Shown piece by piece: positions 58,811 through 64,000 of a stretch of 64,000 nucleotides of DNA. This stretch comes from a cyanobacterium endosymbiont of Rhopalodia gibba. Its GTDB lineage: Bacteria; Cyanobacteriota; Cyanobacteriia; Cyanobacteriales; Microcystaceae. The position numbers and the translations under genes were made by a program. Below the pieces are notes generated by a model, which was given only the letters and a program-made list of their open reading frames with translations, had not been told where the DNA came from and made no database searches. The stretch lies in contig CP067995.1 in NCBI GenBank assembly GCA_045159875.1, positions 2,720,001 through 2,784,000 on the forward strand, in the 5' to 3' direction. Positions within the stretch are counted from its first letter, which is position 1, and every line of letters starts with the position of its first letter.

Positions 58811-58858
58811 TTGATTTTTATACCCTTAATAGGTATAAATAGATATACAACTGTATAG
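58811..58858 (+). promoter_or_regulatory. Sigma70-type promoter with overlapping operator-like palindromes
   Basis: TTGATT-17 bp-TATAAA; tttatacc-N7-ggtataaa (58817-58839); tataca-ac-tgtata (58845-58858). Confidence 0.6.
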
Positions 58859-58870
58859 GAATAAAACCCT

Positions 58871-59209
58871 ATGAAACAAACTAATAGCCGAGCGAAGGAA
58901 ATCCAGGAAATCACCGGACTTGAACCCAGACACTTTGCCGATTTAGTGAGAACGGCACAATTGATTTTTGATCCAACAGGTGGTGTCTCTGGGATGAGAC
59001 TCGAGGTTGACTGGTATTACTTTGGTATTTCTGAGAATGTTGCTGAAAATTTAAAAAAATTTGGCCAAAAATACCAGTATGCATCTCCCCATATTGCGAT
59101 TGATGTTGTTTGGGAGCAGTTGATTCCAGAAACTCGTAGTTGGATTATTGAAAACAAAGATAATTTATGGAAAATTGAGGAAGCTTTTCCGGCACTCGAT
59201 GAAGATTAA
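58871..59209 (+). CDS. Hypothetical protein (112 aa)
   Basis: Intact frame, higher GC than flanks, AGGA RBS, promoter upstream and hairpins downstream. Confidence 0.8.
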   Translation: MKQTNSRAKEIQEITGLEPRHFADLVRTAQLIFDPTGGVSGMRLEVDWYYFGISENVAENLKKFGQKYQYASPHIAIDVVWEQLIPETRSWIIENKDNLWKIEEAFPALDED

Positions 59210-59322
59210 TATTGACAGAGGACTGCTTTTTAATACCAGTATTAAAGACTCTTACGTCCTCTCAATATTTTCCGAAGAGTTATCAGATAATGAGTAGATA
59301 TATAGACGAAATCATAAAGTTC

Positions 59323-59361
59323 GATAATCTCTTCTACCAATGAATGGTAGAGGAGATTATC
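59323..59361. terminator. 17-bp hairpin (one G-U pair)
   Basis: gataatctcttctacca-atgaa-tggtagaggagattatc. Confidence 0.6.
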
Positions 59362-59519
59362 CATAAGATTAAGTTAATCATGAAGAGAAGCTCATAGTCT
59401 AATCAACCTTGATAATCTTAAAAGACAAGTTTTATTAGTCCTGTATTTTTTTATTAAACTATTATACTTTGGACAGGAAAACTAACTTTTTAAAGTTATC
59501 TTAAATTCCTATTAATTAT

Positions 59520-60391
59520 GATTCTTTCACTACTTCGTCACGAACTTTACCCAATTAACTGAACTAAGTTTAGCGATGTTTGGAAAATTCTTCCAGCATA
59601 TTTTTTTTTAAAAAAAATTATAAATTTTAGTCAAGTATTTCTCGAATATTTTTTATGTTTTATTTCGTTAATTATATTTTTTACAAAATTGTCCATAAAC
59701 TTCTCACCCAAGCAACGTCTTAGTTGCTGAATTCCAGTGATTTCTACTAATATTTTCCGCCATTTACTCTTAATCATCCGTTGATTAAGAATATTACTAA
59801 CATTTAGTTTTTTATACCATTTTGATTGTTTTGGGTAATTAATAAAATTACAAATTCTCTCTAGCTCTTTTCGAGAATTAGCTAACATTGCTTTGAAAAC
59901 ATACTGGGATAACTTGATTGACTCCAAAAGTTTTAAAATAGGGAAATAAATTGCCTTGTATAGAGACCATATTCAATTAATTCTGAATGTTTAAAAATCG
60001 CTTCATTGATGTCAATTAAAACAACCCATTGACTGCATTCATGAATATGTTGAGAGATTAACTGATCAATGGGGTAACGTATTATATAGATAAACCTAGC
60101 ATAAGGAAAATATTTTTATAACTGTTCAATAGTGTGAGGATAGCTGGGGAGCTTAGTGTAATGGGTTCTAGATTCACTATATATGTCATCATTAAGAGCT
60201 TTATTAAAGTATGATAAATATCAGTCTAGCCCCTGAGCATATTAGTCATTATCTTTAAAAAAGTTAGCCTCTTTAAGTTCAGTCATAAAAATTTCTGATT
60301 GTATGGTTAATTGTTCATAAAGAGAACTAGTAGCGCATTTCATAGCACCAATAACGATAAAATTAGGCAGTTTATTCCTGGCTAATTTCAA
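59520..60391 (-). pseudogene. Sulfotransferase remnant
   Basis: KLPNFIVIGAMKCATSSLYEQL...ELKEANFF (5'-PSB motif), ESRTHYTKLPSYP, RYPIDQLISQ. Multiple stops; 3' end approximate. Confidence 0.85.
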
Positions 60392-60576
60392 AAAATAAAT
60401 TACAGTTCTTCTAGACTGAGTGTGACAAATCAGTAGCTAATTACTTTCAAAATCCTATATGTATTGTGATACAAGATTTTAAAATATTTTCTTATCCTAC
60501 CAAAGCTGATGTAGAAGAGCTTAAATTATCTAGTTTTAGTTTGAAAAAATTAGAAACAATTATAATTACTTGAAAC

Positions 60577-61560
60577 TCAATTGCTGAGATTATTTTTAGG
60601 AAAAATCGGAGGCTTCAAAGGAACACACCAATTCATCCAAATATTTTGTGCTTTACATTCACAAACAATATCAGAGAAATTACCCACTAATTCTTTCATT
60701 AAAGAGATATTAAGTCCTACTAACTAGAACAGATTAGAAACCCACAGTCCTGTTCTTTCCTAGAATTTAGCAAAATAGCGAAAACGAAAAGCAGAAGAAT
60801 AGGGGCGCTGGCGTTTGCGAGCCGCTATATCAGATTTAACTGAACTACTTTTTCCTCGTAGATGAATGACTCTTGCCTCAGGCTAATCAAGGATTTTCTA
60901 AGTTTTATCTCTAGCACAGTGACAGTAACCAATATCATCAAAATACATGAAATAGCCTTTATCCATATAAGCCGATTTGTTCAATAACTTACCGACGAAT
61001 TAGAACACAGGTAAAACTGGTCCATTGAGGTTCAAAGGGAGTATCACTCACCGGAATCGGTACATTGTAAGGAATTAAAAATTTTGTAATTAGTCCAATA
61101 CCTGCAGTGTTGATAAATTCACTAATGAATGAATGATAACAAAAACAGTTGATTTTGGGACTTGCGTCTAGCCATTCTAACCGAGGACTAATTAATCCAG
61201 CTTCAGGATTTTTATCAGAAGTTTTCAAGAGGAACAAGATTATCCCTCTCCTAATATATAGTTTTACTATTAAACAATAAATAAGCATCGGCAGTAACAG
61301 CTTTAATCCCAACGCTATTTTCTGCTGAAAATATCCCATTGATAGGGGACTCAATCAGTGTAACCTAAGAATTCTATTGATTATTTAGAATAATCTGTTC
61401 TATTCTAACATAAGAACCGAGTCATCTCTAGAGGCATTGTCTACTAGTATGACGCAATGTTCATTAATATCTATTTGCTCTTCAAGTGAACGCAAACAGT
61501 CAATAACTAAATTGGGAGTACCATAGTTAATGATGACTATATACAAACGTATTTATTCAG
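60577..61560 (-). pseudogene. Glycosyltransferase family 2 remnant
   Basis: IINYGTPNLVIDCLRSLEE...ILVDNASRDDSV, WTSFTCVLIRR, GYFMYFDD. Frameshifts and stops. Confidence 0.87.
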
Positions 61561-61603
61561 AGAAGTTCTGATATTTTTTTAAGGTATCATTGGTTAATAT
61601 AAC

Positions 61604-61711
61604 ATGGCTAAAATTATTAGTTGTAAGTCTTTAGGAAAACGACCGGTCTATGATATTGGAGTTGTTCAAGATCATAATTTTGTATTAGCTAATGGCGCAA
61701 TTGCGTCTAAC
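61604..61711 (+). other. Split DnaE intein C-fragment (36 aa)
   Basis: [39 protein letters not shown]: block F VYDIGV..DHNF, terminal Asn and +1 Cys. Confidence 0.95.
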
Positions 61712-62956
61712 TGCTTTAATAAATCTCACTCCACTGCTTATGCTTATATTACCTACCAAACCGCTTACTTAAAAGCAAATTATCCTGTTGAATACATGAC
61801 GGCTTTATTGACAGCTAGTAGTGACAATCAAGATAAGGTAGAAAAGTACAGAGAAAATTCTCAAAAGATGGGAATTCATATTGATCCTCCTGATATTAAT
61901 TGTTCCCAAAAAGATTTCACTCCCATTGGGGATAATATTCTATTTGGGTTATCGGCGATTAAGAATTTAGGAGAAGGAACTATTGATAACATATTAAAAG
62001 CTAGGGATAAAGGAGGAAAATTTAAATCTCTGGCTGATTTTTGCTGTCGAGTTGACTTACGATTAGTTAACAGACGAGCTTTAGAAGCTTTAATCTATTG
62101 TGGAGCATTTGATAAAGTTCAAGCTAACCGAAATCAATTAATAAATGATCTTGAATTAGTTATTTCTTGGGCACAAAAACGAGCTAAAGAGAAAGAAACT
62201 GGTCAATTAAATATCTTTTATATGGTAGGAAATGATATCCAGAATAATGCCAACAATCAGTCTAAATTTGATCAGGAACCAAGCTCCCCCTCTATAGCTG
62301 ATTTTCCTCTACCCAAAAGACTTAAGTTAGAAAAAGAACATTTAGGTTTTTATGTTTCTGAGCATCCTTTAAAATCAGTTAAAGAAGCAGCTCAGATTTT
62401 ATCCCCGATTAATTTAAGTGAATTAGAGGATCAACGATCTAAATCTAAAGTTAGTGCTGTTGTGATAGTTAATGAGGTCAAAAAAATAGTAACTAAAACT
62501 GGAAAAGAAATGGCATTTCTAACATTAGAGGATATTTCGGGACAATCAGAAGGGGTAGTTTTTTCTGATGCTTATGCACACATTAAAGAACTATTGATTG
62601 AAGATAACCACCTGATTATTTGGGGGAAGGTTGACCGTCGAGATGATAAAGTTCAACTAATTATTGAAAATGGAGAAGTTGTAGAAAACGTAAAAATATT
62701 AATAGTTAAATTAACTTTTGAACAAGCAGTTAATCAAAATTATCAACAGAATTTAAAAAGAATTATTCAAGAAAATTCTAGAGATAAAACAAAAGCTAAA
62801 ATCCCTGTTATTGTCATTATTAGTATTGGAAATCAACAAAAGTTTGTTCGTTTCGGTCAAAACTATTGGGTAGAAAATGAATCTAGGACAATCTCCTCTC
62901 TTGAGAATGCTGATTTTCTTGCTTACACTAGCCCTTTAATGTCTGTAGCTGAGTGA
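61604..62956 (+). CDS. dnaE-C: DNA polymerase III alpha subunit, C-terminal half of the split dnaE
   Basis: C-intein followed by [11 protein letters not shown]...[36 protein letters not shown] and an OB fold. Confidence 0.96.
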   Translation: MAKIISCKSLGKRPVYDIGVVQDHNFVLANGAIASNCFNKSHSTAYAYITYQTAYLKANYPVEYMTALLTASSDNQDKVEKYRENSQKMGIHIDPPDINCSQKDFTPIGDNILFGLSAIKNLGEGTIDNILKARDKGGKFKSLADFCCRVDLRLVNRRALEALIYCGAFDKVQANRNQLINDLELVISWAQKRAKEKETGQLNIFYMVGNDIQNNANNQSKFDQEPSSPSIADFPLPKRLKLEKEHLGFYVSEHPLKSVKEAAQILSPINLSELEDQRSKSKVSAVVIVNEVKKIVTKTGKEMAFLTLEDISGQSEGVVFSDAYAHIKELLIEDNHLIIWGKVDRRDDKVQLIIENGEVVENVKILIVKLTFEQAVNQNYQQNLKRIIQENSRDKTKAKIPVIVIISIGNQQKFVRFGQNYWVENESRTISSLENADFLAYTSPLMSVAE

Positions 62957-63326
62957 ATTAAATTTTACAGTCTCAGTTATGCTAAACTATTATGCATTAC
63001 ACATCATGAACTTAAATTATGAAAAGTTTAGGCACACAAACAAAGGACCTCTACACAACCTATTGACTGAGTCGGCGGAAACGGATTTTGTTTTTGTAGA
63101 ATAAGAATCTAGTCTTTTATTAGTTTTTAGTTTAGCATAGTAAATGAGGTGTAACTCTGACTTTAGGGAAAACGACTAGGAAAATTAAATGAGTTTTTTT
63201 CTTTCCATTGAGAGTTAGTTGTAATAAGGTTGTCTGTCGCACAAGTTGAAGCTCTAACATTACTAATTCCTCTATATTTTGTATGTAGTGGAAGTTGTTT
63301 TAGTAGAATATTGCTAGCATATTGAT

Positions 63327-63374
63327 CGTCTGAGCGTCTGAGCGTCTGAGCGTCTGAGCGTCTGAGCGTCTGAG
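63327..63374 (+). repeat. Tandem 8-mer repeat (CGTCTGAG)x6
   Basis: Six perfect copies read directly. Confidence 0.97.
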
Positions 63375-64000
63375 ATAGGATAATAGGTAGTTTAGCTTTA
63401 ATGAGTATAAACTTAAAAAGAGTAATTGTCAGATATCAGACTTCTCAAAATTCAGCTAGCATGATTAGACACACAAAAATTATCACAGTTAATTTACACC
63501 TAAAAATTTATCTCAGAATGAGAACGATATCAAAAACATCTGAATTTCAATATAAGAGAATAAAAAGTTAAATAATTTGTAGATTGAGTGAACCTATCAA
63601 AAATTAAAACTATAAAAAAAAATTTTAGGTAAATTACTTAATCAAAAAATATAAAGATAACTAAAGAGAAATAAAATTAAATAAAAGCTGACAAAATGAT
63701 CGGGAAACTGTTTAGATATGAACATATTTTTTAAAAAGCAGCTAAACAAAGTTACGATTAAAGAGGTAAAAAAAGATCTCCAAAATTGATTTAGAGCTAT
63801 CTACTTAAGTAGATTTTTATTGAAATGATAAATTTATCTGACTACTTCTTATTTTTATCTTGAGTTTCTCTAGTGATAAGTATAACCCACACAAGTTAAA
63901 TATCTCAATACTATAACTTGATTGAAATTCTATTTAATTTAGATAAGGCTTAGTTTTTTTGTTCAAAACTCGATATGGTCATTAACTCGTAAAATTTGAA

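Noticed and set aside
18150..61354. Track ORFs 18150-18395, 35238-35432, 40411-40752, 57275-57484, 59631-59927 and 60989-61354 as independent genes
   Set aside because: Each is an open fragment of a larger pseudogene described above.

Overview
AT-rich, gene-sparse DNA from a unicellular cyanobacterium (Cyanothece/Crocosphaera-like genes, split DnaE intein) whose genome is eroding. Intact genes are separated by kilobases of AT-rich decayed DNA, and I can recognise about 10 pseudogenes. These include phycocyanin cpcA, its lyase cpcE, a TetR regulator, a 3-hydroxyisobutyrate-dehydrogenase-family gene, a CSP41b-like gene, natE/livF, a Ser/Thr kinase, a sulfotransferase and a GT2 glycosyltransferase, plus dead IS630 and IS200/IS605 remnants. 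This best fits a non-photosynthetic N2-fixing endosymbiont such as the spheroid body (diazoplast) of rhopalodiacean diatoms; that is an inference and no nif gene lies in the window. Intact genes include uvrA (3' part), ado, hpnJ, tRNA-Thr, tRNA-Tyr, ndhQ (missed by the ORF track), nrdA/nrdB with tandem NrdR boxes, a two-gene hybrid kinase pair, lipA, queC, dapB, a 7Fe ferredoxin, lpxA/lpxB, a Yfr2 ncRNA, a sugar-binding lipoprotein and dnaE-C. The most notable observations are four. (1) About 17 long, nearly perfect, mutually unrelated palindromes sit in otherwise decayed DNA, and one has overwritten part of a pseudogene. (2) A retained hybrid kinase has a third PAS domain with the FixL/DosP heme His...Arg(+20) pattern, making it a candidate O2 sensor. 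(3) HIP1 sites have decayed mainly by C>T change at the normally methylated cytosine. (4) A degenerate ~160-bp dispersed element is present, and one end of it marks the cpcBA deletion junction. All calls were made by eye with no database searches; pseudogene boundaries are approximate.
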